Shown: positions 44,121-56,943 of the stretch, piece by piece
Numbering within the stretch: the first letter of the stretch is position 1
Layout of the letters: every line of letters begins with the position of its first letter
DNA from: Anaeramoeba ignava BMAN
Lineage: Eukaryota; Protista; Anaeramoebae
Direction: 5' to 3'
NCBI GenBank assembly: GCA_028826165.1
Contig: JAPDFW010000030.1
Span: 1 to 64,000, forward strand
Length of the DNA: 64,000 bases
The notes under the pieces: generated by a model
Database searches by the model: none
Told to the model about the DNA's origin: nothing
What the model saw: the letters and a program-made list of their open reading frames with translations, nothing else
Translations under genes and position numbers: made by a program

Positions 44121-44931
44121 TGATTGATTTTCAGATTGATTTTCAGATTTATTTTCAGATTTATTTTCAGATTGATTTTCAGATTTATTTTAAGATTTAT
44201 TTTCAGATTTATTTTCAGATTTATTTTCAGATTTATTTTCAGATTTATTTTCAGATTTATTTTCAGATTTATTTTCAGATTTATTTTAAGATTTATTTTC
44301 AGATTTATTTTAAGATTTATTTTAAGATTTATTTTCAGATTTATTTTAAGATTTATTTTCAGATTTATTTTCAGATTTATTTTCAGATTTATTTTCAGAT
44401 TTATTTTCAGATTGATTTTCAGATTTATTTTCAGATTTATTTTCAGATTTATTTTCAGATTTATTTTCAGATTTATTTTAAGATTTTTAGATTTATTTTA
44501 AGATTTATTTTTAGATTTATTTTTCAGATTTATTTTTCAGATTTTTTTAAGATTTATTTTCAGATTTATTTTCAGATTTATTTTCAGATTTATTTTAGAT
44601 TGATTGATTTTCAGATTTATTTTAAGATTTATTTTCAGATTTATTTTCAGATTTATTTTCAGATTTATTTTCAGATTTATTTTCAGATTATTTGATTTAT
44701 TTTCAGATTTCGATTTATTTTCAGATTTATTTTCAGATTGATTTTAAGATTTATTTTCAGATTTATTTTCAGATTTATTTTAAGATTTATTTTCAGATTT
44801 ATTTTCAGATTTATTTTCAGATTTATTTTCAGATTTATTTTCAGATTTATTTTCAGATTTATTTTTATTTATTTTTATTTTAAGATTTAGATTTATTTTC
44901 AGATTGATTTTCAGATTTATTTTCAGATTGA
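44121..44931 (+). repeat. 12 bp minisatellite C
   Basis: (GATTTATTTTCA)n. Confidence 0.97.
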
Positions 44932-45634
44932 TATTTATTTATTTGGATTTTAAAAATGATTTAGAAACTATTGAATAAATAATTTACAAAACAAATGAAT
45001 TGATTTATTTTCATTTAAGAAGACAAATAACACATAATTTATATTTATATTTATATTTATATTTATATTTATATTTTCAATAAATAAAATAAAAAGAAAT
45101 GATTTTTTATTTATTTATTTATTTATTTAACATTTTTGAAATCAAAATCAAAATCAAAATCAAAATCAAAAATCAAAATAAAAATCAAAAATAAAAAAAT
45201 CATGTAAACTTTGAATGTAATTAATTAATTAATTTATTTTATTTATTTATTTATAAATTAAAAATTATTTTAGATTTTAATTAATTAATAAATAAATAAA
45301 TAAATAAATAATAAAAGATTGAAGTAAATAAATAATATAAACAAAAAAAAATGAAAATGAAAATAAATATAAATATAAACTTTCAAAGTAATTGAAATTT
45401 AGATACAATTCCTTAATTAAAATTATTCTAAATTTAAATAAAAAAAATTGAAAAGAAAAAAATGGAAAAAAAATGTTTTTGTGGATTTTTTTTTTTAAAA
45501 AGTGGAATTCATTTTTTTCTTCTTCTTTCATTTTTCTTTTTTTATATATATAATATATAAATAAATCTATTGAAAATTTGAAAATAAAAATAAAAATAAA
45601 AATAAAAATAAAAATAAAAAATAAAAATAAAAAA

Positions 45635-45730
45635 GGGGGATGTTCATCTTTGGCAATGTTTTAAGCTTTGAAATTAGCCACCCGCCCAAAGAAAAAGCTG
45701 GTGTTAACATACTCACCCGAGTCTACGCCC
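45635..45730. ncRNA. Putative structured ncRNA, GC island 1 (96 nt), family unknown
   Basis: ~47% GC in near-pure A/T flanks; tctttgg...ccaaaga hairpin; G-U pairs and a following T-run favour the - strand; identical copy at 56944-57039. Confidence 0.5.
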
Positions 45731-45858
45731 TTATTTATTTCTAATTATTAATTATTAATCAATCCAAATTAAATCAATTTAAAATCAATTTAATAATTAA
45801 TAATTCTAATCAAAATTGAACAATATAAGAACAATAATGAAAAGAAATAAATAAGAAA

Positions 45859-46006
45859 CGCGACATTTGTCGTCTTCGTGTAAAGCCCCAAGTCGTCAAC
45901 TGAGCCTCCCCGCCGTAGCGTAGCGGAGAGGCCGAAGGCCGGTGCATTGGGGGAGGTGAAGTTGAAAGACATTGGGGCATTTACTCGAAAAACGACAAAG
46001 TACGCG
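45859..46006. ncRNA. Putative structured ncRNA, GC island 2 (148 nt bulged rod with branched tip), family unknown
   Basis: ~56% GC; nested complementary arms cgcg/cgcg, tttgtcgt/acgacaaa, gtaaa/tttac, gccccaa/ttggggc, tcaact/agttga, cctcccc/ggggagg; identical copy at 57157-57304. Confidence 0.6.
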
Positions 46007-46874
46007 ATATGATCCTTTCTTATATTTATATTTATATTTATATTTATATTTATATTTATATATTTTTTATTTCAAGTAAATTTAATATCTAAATCCAAAA
46101 ATTACTTTATTAACTAATTTATTATTTGTAAGTTTATTTTAATTTCCAAAAATAAATTAATAAATTAATTAATTAATTTTATTCTATTTATAATTAATAT
46201 TTATTCTATTTTATTTTTATATTTATATTTATATTAGATAAAATGTTTATTTTATTTTATTTTATTTTATTTTATTTTATTCATCTTCATTTCCAAAATA
46301 AAAATAATTCCAAAAAAAATCTAAATTTATATTTATTAATATCTATCATTATTTATAATTATAATTTATCAAAATTAATTAATGGAATTTCTTTTTTCAA
46401 TTAAATTAAATTAGATTAAATTAGATTAGATTTATCTATTATTCTAAATTATTTATCATTTTAAATTATTTTTATTTATTTATTTATTTTGTTTTTATTT
46501 TTATTTTTAAATAATAAATAAATAAATTTTGATTTTGATTTTGGAAAATATCATTAATTGATTAATAAATAATAAAATAAAATAAATCAATAATTTATTT
46601 CTAATTCATTTTTTGTTTTTGTTTTTGTTTTTGTTTTTTAATAATTTTTATTTTTAAATTTCCAAATTCATTTTTCATTTTTCATTTTTCATTTTTTTTT
46701 CTTTTCAAAGAATATTTATAAATATAAATATAAATATAAAAATTACCTTTAGAAAATGAAAGGAAACACCAAACACTAAAAAAATATTCAAATTCAAATT
46801 AATTTAAAAGTAAATTTAGATTATTAATTTATTTATTTATTTATTTACAATTTAAAAATTTAATTTAAATTCTT

Positions 46875-48450
46875 ATTTCAATTATAAATAATTAAATAAT
46901 AAATTTAAATTAATTATTTTATTTCTATTATTAATTTTATATTTATTTTAAATTATAAAATTATATTTTATTATTTATTTTTATTATTAATTATTTAATT
47001 AAATATTTTTATTATTTTTATTTCAATTATAAATAATTAAATAATAAATTTAAATTAATTATTTTATTTCTATTATTAATTTTATATTTATTTTAAATTA
47101 TAAAATTATTTTTATTTATTTTTTTTTTTTTATTATTAATTATTTAATTAATTATTTTTATTATTTTTATTTCAATTATAAATAATTAAATAATAAATTT
47201 AAATTAATTATTTTATTTCTATTATTAATTTTATATTTATTTTAAATTATAAAATTATATTTTATTATTTATTTTTTATTATTAATTATTTAATTAAATT
47301 ATTTTTATTTTTATTTCAATTATAAATAATTAAATAATAAATTTAAATTAATTATTTTATTTCTATTATTAATTTTATATTTATTTTAAATTATAAAATT
47401 ATTTTTTTTTTATTATTTATTTTATTATTAATTATTTAATTTAAATATTTTTATTATTTTTATTTCAATTATAAATAATTAAATAAATAAATTTAATTTT
47501 ATTTATTTCTATTATTTTATTTTAATTTTATATTTTATTTTTAAATTTAAAATTATTTATTTTTATTTATTTTTTTTATTATTAATTATTTAATTAAATA
47601 TTTTTATTATTTTTATTTCAATTATAAATAATTAAATAATAAATTTAAATTAATTATTTTATTTCTATTATTAATTTTATATTTATTTTAAATTATAAAA
47701 TTATTTTTATTTTTATTATTTATTTTTATTATTAATTATTTAATTTAAATATTTTTTTATTATTTTTATTTCAATTATAAATAATTAAATAATAAATTTA
47801 AATTAATTATTTTATTTCTATTATTAATTTTATATTTATTTTAAATTATAAAATTATATTTTTATTATTTATTTTTATTATTAATTATTTAATTTAATTA
47901 TTTTTATTATTTTTATTTCAAAATTATAAATAATTAAATAATAAATTTAAATTAATTATTTTATTTCTATTATTAATTTTATATTTTATTTTAAATTATA
48001 AAATTATATTTTTATTATTTATTTTTATTATTAATTATTTAATTTAAATATTTTTATTATTTTTATTTCAATTATAAATAATTAAATAATAAATTTAAAT
48101 TAATTATTTTATTTCTATTATTTATTTTATATTTATTTTAAATTATAAAATTATATTTTTATTATTTATTTTTATTATTAATTATTTAATTAATTATTTT
48201 TATTATTTTTATTTTAATTTTTAAATAATTTAAATAATAAATTTAAATTAATTATTTTATTTCTATTATTAATTTTATATTTATTTTTAAATTATAAAAA
48301 TTATATTTTATTATTTATTTTTATTATTAATTATTTAATTAAATATTTTTATTATTTTTATTTCAATTATAAATAATTAAATAATAAATTTAAATTTATT
48401 ATTTTATTTTATTTTTATTTTTAATTTATTATTTTTATTTTTTATTATTT
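46875..48450 (+). repeat. ~146 bp satellite B array (~11 units)
   Basis: Same unit as 20960-22178. Confidence 0.92.
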
Positions 48451-48949
48451 TTATTAGGTTAAATAGGTTTTAAATTGAAAATTTTGATTAGTGCTTTTAT
48501 TTTTTAAAAACAAAAAAACAAAAAAATTCACTTTCAAAAACATTTTAATTAATGTAATCTTTATAAAATCAAAAATCAAAAATCAAAAATCAAAAATCAA
48601 AAATGAAAAGAATTTATAATTAATTAATTAATTAATTGATTCTAAATTAATTAATACAAGATTCAAAAATAATTAACAAAATCTTTTTAATTATTTAAAA
48701 TATAAAAGAATCAAAAAATAATCAATATTAATATTAATAATATTAATATTAAAATCAATTTTTCTTTCAATATCAATAATCAAAACAAAAAAACTATTCA
48801 TTAACAAAATAAATTTATTAATATTAATTCTAAATTTTTAATTTTTAATTTTAGTTATAATTTACATTTATTGAAAGAAATTTCTTATTGTTGTTATTGT
48901 TCTTGTTCTTGTTGTTGATAATTTAAAACAAAAATAACGAAAAATAAAT

Positions 48950-49076
48950 TGATTGATTTTCAGATTGATTTTAAGATTTATTTTCAGATTGATTTTCAGA
49001 TTTATTTTCAGATTGATTTTCAGATTTATTTTCAGATTTATTTTCAGATTTATTTTCAGATTTATTTTAAGATTGA
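48950..49076 (+). repeat. 12 bp minisatellite C, short array
   Basis: About 10 units after the shared linker. Confidence 0.9.
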
Positions 49077-49453
49077 TTGATTGATTTAATTTGATTTATT
49101 TCTCTCTTTATTTGGATAATTTTGCTTTTTAAAAATGATTTAGAAACTATTGAATGAATACTTTACAAACCAAATGAATTGATTTATTTTCATTTAAGAA
49201 GACAAATAACACATAATTTATATTTATATTTCTATTTCTATTTATATTTTTCAATAAATAAAATAAAAAGAAATGATTTTTTTATTTATCATTTTTGAAA
49301 TAAAAATCAAAATAAAAATAAAAATAAAAATAAAAACCAAAATCAAAATCAAAACAATGTAAAGTTTGATTATAATTAATTACGATTTATTTATAATTTA
49401 TGAATGAAAAATTATTTTAGATTTTAATAATAAAAAAAAAATGAAAAAAAAAA

Positions 49454-50115
49454 AATGAAAATAATATCAAGTTGAAGACTGAGTAACGTTTGGTTGCAAT
49501 TTCTTAACTGAAAAATTATTTTAGATTTTAATAATAAAAAAAAAATGAAAAAAAAAAAATGAAAATAATATCAAGTTGAAGACTGAGTAACGTTTGGTTG
49601 CAATTTCTTAACTGAAAATTATTCTAGATTTGGATAAAAAATTGAAATGAAAAAAAAAATGAAAATAATATCAAGTTGAAGACTGAGTAACGTTTGGTTG
49701 CAATCTCTTAACTGAAAGTTATTCTAGATTTGGATAAAAAATTGATATAAATAATGTAAAAAAAAATTGACAAAATGAAAATAATATCAAGTTGAAGACT
49801 GAGTAACGTTTGGTTGCAATCTCTTAACTAAAAGTTATTCTAGATTTGGATAAAAATTGAAATGGAAAAAAATGAAAAAATTTGTAAAAAATAATGTAAA
49901 AATAATGTAAAAAATTAATAAAAAATGAAAATAATATCAAGTTGAAGACTGAGTAACGTTTGGTTGCAATTTCTTAACTGAAAGTTATTCTAGATTTGGA
50001 TAAAAAATTGAAATGAAAAAAAAAATGAAAATAATATCAAGTTGAAGACTGAGTAACGTTTGGTTGCAATTTCTTAACTAAAAATTATTCTAGATTTGGA
50101 TAAAAAATTGAAATG
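49454..50115 (+). repeat. Six-copy ~100-150 bp tandem array R with an invariant 47 nt core
   Basis: gttgaagactgagtaacgtttggttgcaat starts at 49471, 49575, 49675, 49791, 49941 and 50041. Confidence 0.95.
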
Positions 50116-50467
50116 GAAAAAAAAATGAAAAAAAAAATGAAAAAAATTTTTTATGATTTTTTTTTCATTTTTTTTTTGTTATTTTTTTATTAATTTTTTA
50201 AAAATTTTTTTGTATAAATTTACATTATTTCATCCTCAGTCAATCGAAAACGACTGTAATTAATTAAATTTCTTTTTCACTTCATTTAGATTCAATTTAT
50301 CTGATTATTATCTATTATTTATTTATTTATTATTTTAAATTATTTATTTTATTTTTATTAATAAATTTTGATTTGGAAAATATCAATCAATTAATTAATA
50401 ATCAATCAATAATTTATTTCTAATTCATTTCATTTTTTTTTCATTTCCAAAATTTAAATCAAAATTT

Positions 50468-53230
50468 AAATCAATTTATTTATATATATTATAAACAAAT
50501 TTATAATAAAATAATTTATTAATTTAATTTCCAATTTATTTATAATTTATATTCAAAAAATAAAAAAAATCAATTTCTCTCTATATATAAAATATATAAA
50601 TTTATTTTTTAATTTATTTCAATTCAAATTTAAAAATAAAAAAAATCAATTTATTTATATATATTATAAACAAATTTATAACAAAATAATTAATTAATTT
50701 AATTCCCAATTTATTTATAATTTATATTCAAAAATAAAAATCAATTTCTCTCTATATATAAATATAAAAATTTAAATTTAATTTTTAATTTTTTTCATTT
50801 AAAATTTAAAAATAAAAAAATCAATTTATTTATATATATTATAAACAAATTTATAACAAAATAATTAATTAATTTAATTCCCAATTTATTTATAATTTAT
50901 ATTCAAAAATAAAAATCAATTTATCTCTATATATAAAATATATAAATTTAATTTTTAATTTATTTCTATAATTTAAATTAAAAATAAAAATCAATTTATT
51001 TATATATATTATAAACAAATTTATAACAAAATAATTTATAAATTTAATTCCCAATTTATTTATAATTTATTTATATTCAAAAAATAAAAAAATCAATTTC
51101 TCTCTATATATAAAATATATAAATTTAATTTTTCAATTTATTTATAATTTAAATTAAAAATAAAAATCAATTTATTTATATATATATTTTAAATTTTATA
51201 ATAAAATAATTAATTAATTTTTAATTTTCAATTTATTTATAATTTATATTCAAAAATAAAAAATCAATTTCTCTCTATATATAAAATATATAAATTTAAT
51301 TTTTAATTTATTTCAATTCTAAAATTAAAAATAAAAATCAATTTATTTATATATATAATAAACAAATTTATAATAAAATAATTAATTAATTTAATTTTCA
51401 ATTTATTTATAATTTATATTCAAAAATAAAAATCAATTTCTCTCTATATATAAAATATATAAATTTATTTTTCAATTTATTTACAATTTTAAATTAAAAA
51501 TAAAAATCAATTTATTTATATATATTACAAACATATTTATAACAAAATAATTTATTAATTTAATTCCCAATTTATTTATAATTTATATTCAAAAAATAAA
51601 AAAATCAATTTCTCTCTATATATAAAATATATAAATTTAATTTTTCAATTTATTTATAATTTAAATTAAAAATAAAAAAAATCAATTTATTTTATATATT
51701 ATAAAACAAATTTATAATAAAATAATTAATTAATTTAATTTTCAATTTATTTATAATTTTATATTCAAAAATAAAAATCAATTTCTATATATATAAAATA
51801 TATAAATTTATTTTTCAATTTATTTTATAATTTAAATTTAAAAATAAAATAAAATCAATTTATTTATATATATTATAAACAAATTTATAACAAAAATAAT
51901 TTATAAATTTAATTTTCAATTTATTTATAATTTATATTCAAAAATAAAAAATCAATTTCTCTCTATATATAAAATATATAAATTTATTTTTCAATTTATT
52001 TATAATTTAAATTAAAAATAAAAATCAATTTATTTATATATATTACAAACAAATTTATAACAAAATAATTTATTAATTTAATTCCCAATTTATTTATAAT
52101 TTATATTCAAAAATAAAAATCAATTTCTCTCTATATATAAAATATATAAATTTATTTTTCAATTTATTTATAATTTAAATTAAAAATAAAAAAAATCAAT
52201 TTATTTATATATATTATAAAACAAATTTATAATAAAATAATTAATAAATTTAATTTTCAATTTATTTATAATTTATATTCAAAAAATAAAAAAATCAATT
52301 TCTCTCTATATATAAAATATATAAATTTATTTTTCAATTTATTTATAATTTAAATTTAAAAATAAAAATCAATTTTATTTTATTTATATATTATAAACAA
52401 TTTTATAACAAAATAATTAATTAATTTATATTTCCAATTTTATTTATAATTTTAATTCAAAAATAAAAATCAATCAATTTTATTTATATTTATTATAAAC
52501 AAATTTATAACAAAATAATTAATAAATTTAATTTCCAATTTATTTATAATTTTAATTCAAAAATAAAAAAACCAATTTCTCTCTATATATAAAATATATA
52601 AATTTAATTTTTAATTTATTTATAATTCAATTCAAAATAAAAAAATCAATTTATTTATATATATTATAAACAAATTTATAACAAAATAATTAATCAATTT
52701 AATTTTCAATTTATTTATAATTTATATTCAAAAATAAAAATCAATTTCTCTCTATATATAAAATATATAAATTTAATTTTCAATTTATTTATAATTTAAA
52801 TCAAAAATAAAAAAATCAATTTATTTATATATATTATAAACAAATTTATAATAAAATAATTTATTAATTTAATTCCCAATTTATTTTATAATTTATATTC
52901 AAAAATAAAAATCAATTTCTCTCTATATATAAAATATATAAATTTATTTTTCAATTTATTTATAATTTAAATTAAAAATAAAAAAAATCAATTTATTTAT
53001 ATATTATAAACAAACACATAATAAAAATAACTAATTAATTTAATTTTCAATTTATTTATAATTTATATTCAAAAATAAAAATCAATTTCTCTCTATATAT
53101 AAAATATATAAATTTATTTTTCAATTTATTTATAATTCAAATTAAAAATAAAAAAATCAATTTATTTATATATATTATAAACAAATTTATAACAAAATAA
53201 TTTTATAAATTTAAATTCAAAAATAAAAAA
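50468..53230 (+). repeat. ~170 bp satellite A array (~15-16 units)
   Basis: Same unit as 17155-19320. Confidence 0.95.
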
Positions 53231-54029
53231 TCAATAATTTCAAAAATCTAAATTTATACTTATTTATATCATTATTTATATTTATAATTTATCAAAGGTA
53301 ATTAATTAATTAAATTTCTTTTTCACTTCATTTAGATTCAATTTATCTGATTATTATCTATTATTTATTTATTTATTATTTTAAATTATTTTATTTTTAT
53401 TAAATAAATTTTGATTTGGAAAATATCAATCAATTAATTAATAATCAATCAATAATTTATTTCTAATTCATTTCATTTTTTTTTCATTTCCAAAATTTAA
53501 ATCAAATTTAAATCAAAATTTAAATCAAAATTTAAATCAAAATTTAAATCAAATTCAAAATTCAAATTCAAAATTTAAATCAAAATTTAAATCAAAATTT
53601 AAATCAAATTCAAAATTCAAATTCAAAATTTAAATCAAAATTTAAATCAAAATTTAAATTCAAATTCAAAATTCAAAATCTATTGATAATTTGTTCTGAA
53701 AATAAAATCTAAATATAAATATAAAAAAAAATCAAATTGATATTATTTTTATATGTTTTATTTAGAAACAAAAAAAAATCATCAAATTTGTTTTGTTTTG
53801 TTTGTTTCATTTCTTTTAATATTTTTATCTAAAATAAATAAATTAAAAATCCAATTTTTCTTTTTCTTTTCTTTTCTTTTTTTATTGATTCAAAATATTC
53901 CATAAAAATAAAAAATAAAAAAAAATTGATTATTAATTTTTTTATAAGTTTTTGGAATTCCTTAAAATGTCTGTATTCATTTTAAAATATTTATCATTTT
54001 ATTTATTTATTTTTATTTATTATTAATAA

Positions 54030-54520
54030 ATTTAAATTATTTATTTTATTTCTATTATTAATTTTATATTTATTTTAAATTATAAAATTATATTTTATTA
54101 TTTATTTTTATTATTAATTATTTAATTAAATATTTTTATTATTTTTATTTCAATTATAAATAATTAAATAATAAATTTAAATTAATTATTTTATTTCTAT
54201 TATTAATTTTATATTTATTTTAAATTATAAAATTATATTTTATTATTTATTTTTATTATTAATTATTTAATTAAATATTTTTATTATTTTTATTTCAATT
54301 ATAAATAATTAAATAATAAATTTAAATTAATTATTTTATTTCTATTATTAATTTTATATTTATTTTAAATTATAAAATTATATTTTATTATTTATTTTTA
54401 TTATTAATTATTTAATTAATTATTTTTATTATTTTTATTTCAATTATAAATAATTAAATAATAAATTTAAATTAATTATTTTATTTCTATTATTTAATTT
54501 ATTATTTTATTTATTATTTT
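54030..54520 (+). repeat. Satellite B array (~3.5 units)
   Basis: Same unit as 20960-22178. Confidence 0.88.
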
Positions 54521-55025
54521 TATTAGGTTAAATAGGTTTTAAATTGAAAATTTTGATTAGTGCTTTTATTTTTTAAAAACAAAAACAAAAAAAAAAATTC
54601 ACTTTCAAAAACATTTTAATTAATGTAATCTTTATAAAATCAAAAATCAAAAATCAAAAATGAAAAGAATTTATAATTAATTAATTAATTAATTGATTCT
54701 AAATTAATTAATATAAGATTCAAAAATAATTAACAAAATCTTTTTAATTATTTAAAATGTAATCAAAAATCAAAAAATCAAAAAATAATCAATATTAATA
54801 TTAATAATAATATTATTAAAATCAATTTTTCTTTCAATATAAATAATCAAAACAAAAAAAACTATTCATTAACAAAATAAATTTATTAATATTAATTCTA
54901 AATTTTTAATTTTTAATTTTAATTTTAATTTACATTTATTGAAGGAAATTTCTTATTGTTGTTATTGTTGTTCTTGTTGTTAATTTGTTGATAATTTAAA
55001 ACAAAAAATAAAACGAAAAATAAAT

Positions 55026-56251
55026 TGATTGATTGATTTTCAGATTTATTTTTAGATTTATTTTCAGATTTATTTTCAGATTTATTTTCAGATTTATTTT
55101 CAGATTTATTTTAAGATTTATTTTAAGATTTATTTTCAGATTTATTTTCAGATTTATTTTCAGATTTATTTTCAGGTTATTTTTATTTTTATTTTTAGAT
55201 TTATTTTCAGATTTATTTTTTTATTTTAAGATTTATTTTTCAGATTTAACAAAAAGATTTGATTTTCAAGATTTATTTTAAGATTTATTTAAGATTTATT
55301 TTAGATTTATTTTTAAGATTTATTTTTAGATTTATTTTAGATTTATTTTCAGATTTATTTTAAGATTTATTTTTAGATTTATTTTTAGATTTATTTTCAG
55401 ATTTATTTTTAAGATTTATTTAAGATTTATTTTTAGATTTTTAAAGATTTATTTTAAGATTTATTTTAAAATTTATTTTAATTTTTATTTTCAGATTTAT
55501 TTTCAGATTTATTCTTTCAGATTTATTTTAGATTTATTTTCAGATTTATTTTCAGATTTATTTTCAGATTTATTTTCAGATTTTATTTTCAGATTTATTT
55601 TCAGATTTAAAATTTTCAGATTTGATTTTCAGATTTATTTTCAGATTTATTTTCAGATTTATTTTCAGATTTATTTTAAGATTTATTTTCAGATTTATTT
55701 TCAGATTTATTTTCAGATTTATTTTCAGATTGATTTTCAGATTTATTTTCAGATTTATTTTCAGATTTATTTTTCAGATTTATTTTAAGATTTATTTTCA
55801 GATTTATTTTCAGATTTATTTTCAGATTTATTTTCAGATTTATTTTCAGATTTATTTTCAGATTTATTTTCAGATTTATTTTCAGATTTATTTTAAGATT
55901 TATTTTCAGATTTATTTTCAGATTTATTTTCAGATTTATTTTCAGATTTATTTTAAGATTTATTTTCAGATTTATTTTCAGATTTATTTTCAGATTTATT
56001 TTCAGATTTATTTTCAGATTTATTTTCAGATTTATTTTCAGATTTATTTTCAGATTTATTTTCAGATTTATTTTTAGATTTATTTTAAGATTTATTTTAA
56101 GATTTATTTTCAGATTTATTTTCAGATTTATTTTCAGATTTATTTTCAGATTTATTTTCAGATTTATTTTTAGATTTATTTTCAGATTTATTTTCAGATT
56201 TATTTTCAGATTTATTTTCAGATTTATTTTTAAGATTTATTTTAAGATTGA
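55026..56251 (+). repeat. 12 bp minisatellite C, longest array (~100 units)
   Basis: (GATTTATTTTCA)n. Confidence 0.97.
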
Positions 56252-56943
56252 TATTTATTTATTTGGCTTTTAAAAATGATTTAGAAACTATTGAATAAAT
56301 AATTTACAAAACCAAATGAATTGATTTATTTTCATTTAAGAAGACAAATAACACATAATTTATGTTTATATTTATATTTATATTTATATTTATATTTATG
56401 TTTTCAATAAATAAAATAAAAAGAAATGATTTTTTATTTATTTATTTATTTATTTAACATTTTTGAAATCAAAATCAAAATCAAAATCAAAAATCAAAAT
56501 CAAAATAAAAATCATGTAAACTTTGAATGTAATTAATTAATTAATTTATTTATTATTTATTTATTTATTTATAAATTAAAAATTATTTTAGATTTTAATT
56601 AATTAATAAATAAATAAATAAATAATAAAAGATTGAAGTAAATAAATAATATAAACAAAAAAAAATGAAAATGAAAATAAAAATAAATATAAACTTTCAA
56701 AGTAATTGAAATTTAGATACAATTCCTTAATTAAAATTATTCTAAATTTAAATAAAAAAAATTGAAAAGAAAAAATGGAAAAAAAAATGTTTTTGTGGAT
56801 TTTTTTTTTAAAAAGTGGAATTCATTTTTTTCTTCTTCTTTCATTTTTCTTTTTTTATATATATATAATATATAAATAAATCTATTGAAAATAAAAATAA
56901 AAATAAAAATAAAAATAAAAATAAAAAATAAAAAATATAAAAA

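Noticed and set aside
45790-45972. 60 aa ORF MSFNFTSPNAPAFG... (also 57088-57270)
   Set aside because: Starts inside the hairpin and runs into AT spacer; the GC content is explained by base pairing, and codon use is unlike the genome
45635-46006. tRNA/tRNA-Sec, 5S rRNA, RNase MRP or HDV/hammerhead ribozyme calls for the GC islands
   Set aside because: No T-loop or cloverleaf and no 5S motifs; GGGGC pairing is nested rather than a P4 pseudoknot; the HDV-like gcctccccgc lacks a P3 partner; no CUGANGA/GAAA core
49454-50115. CRISPR array (30 nt core GTTGAAG...TTGCAAT superficially resembles CRISPR repeats)
   Set aside because: Inter-core sequences are homologous to each other and low-complexity rather than unique spacers; eukaryotic context with no cas genes
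49454-50115. C/D box snoRNA cluster
   Set aside because: No canonical RUGAUGA; the distal CTGA is CTAA in two copies; the 8 nt match to 5.8S (ttgcaatt) is not positioned by the D+5 rule
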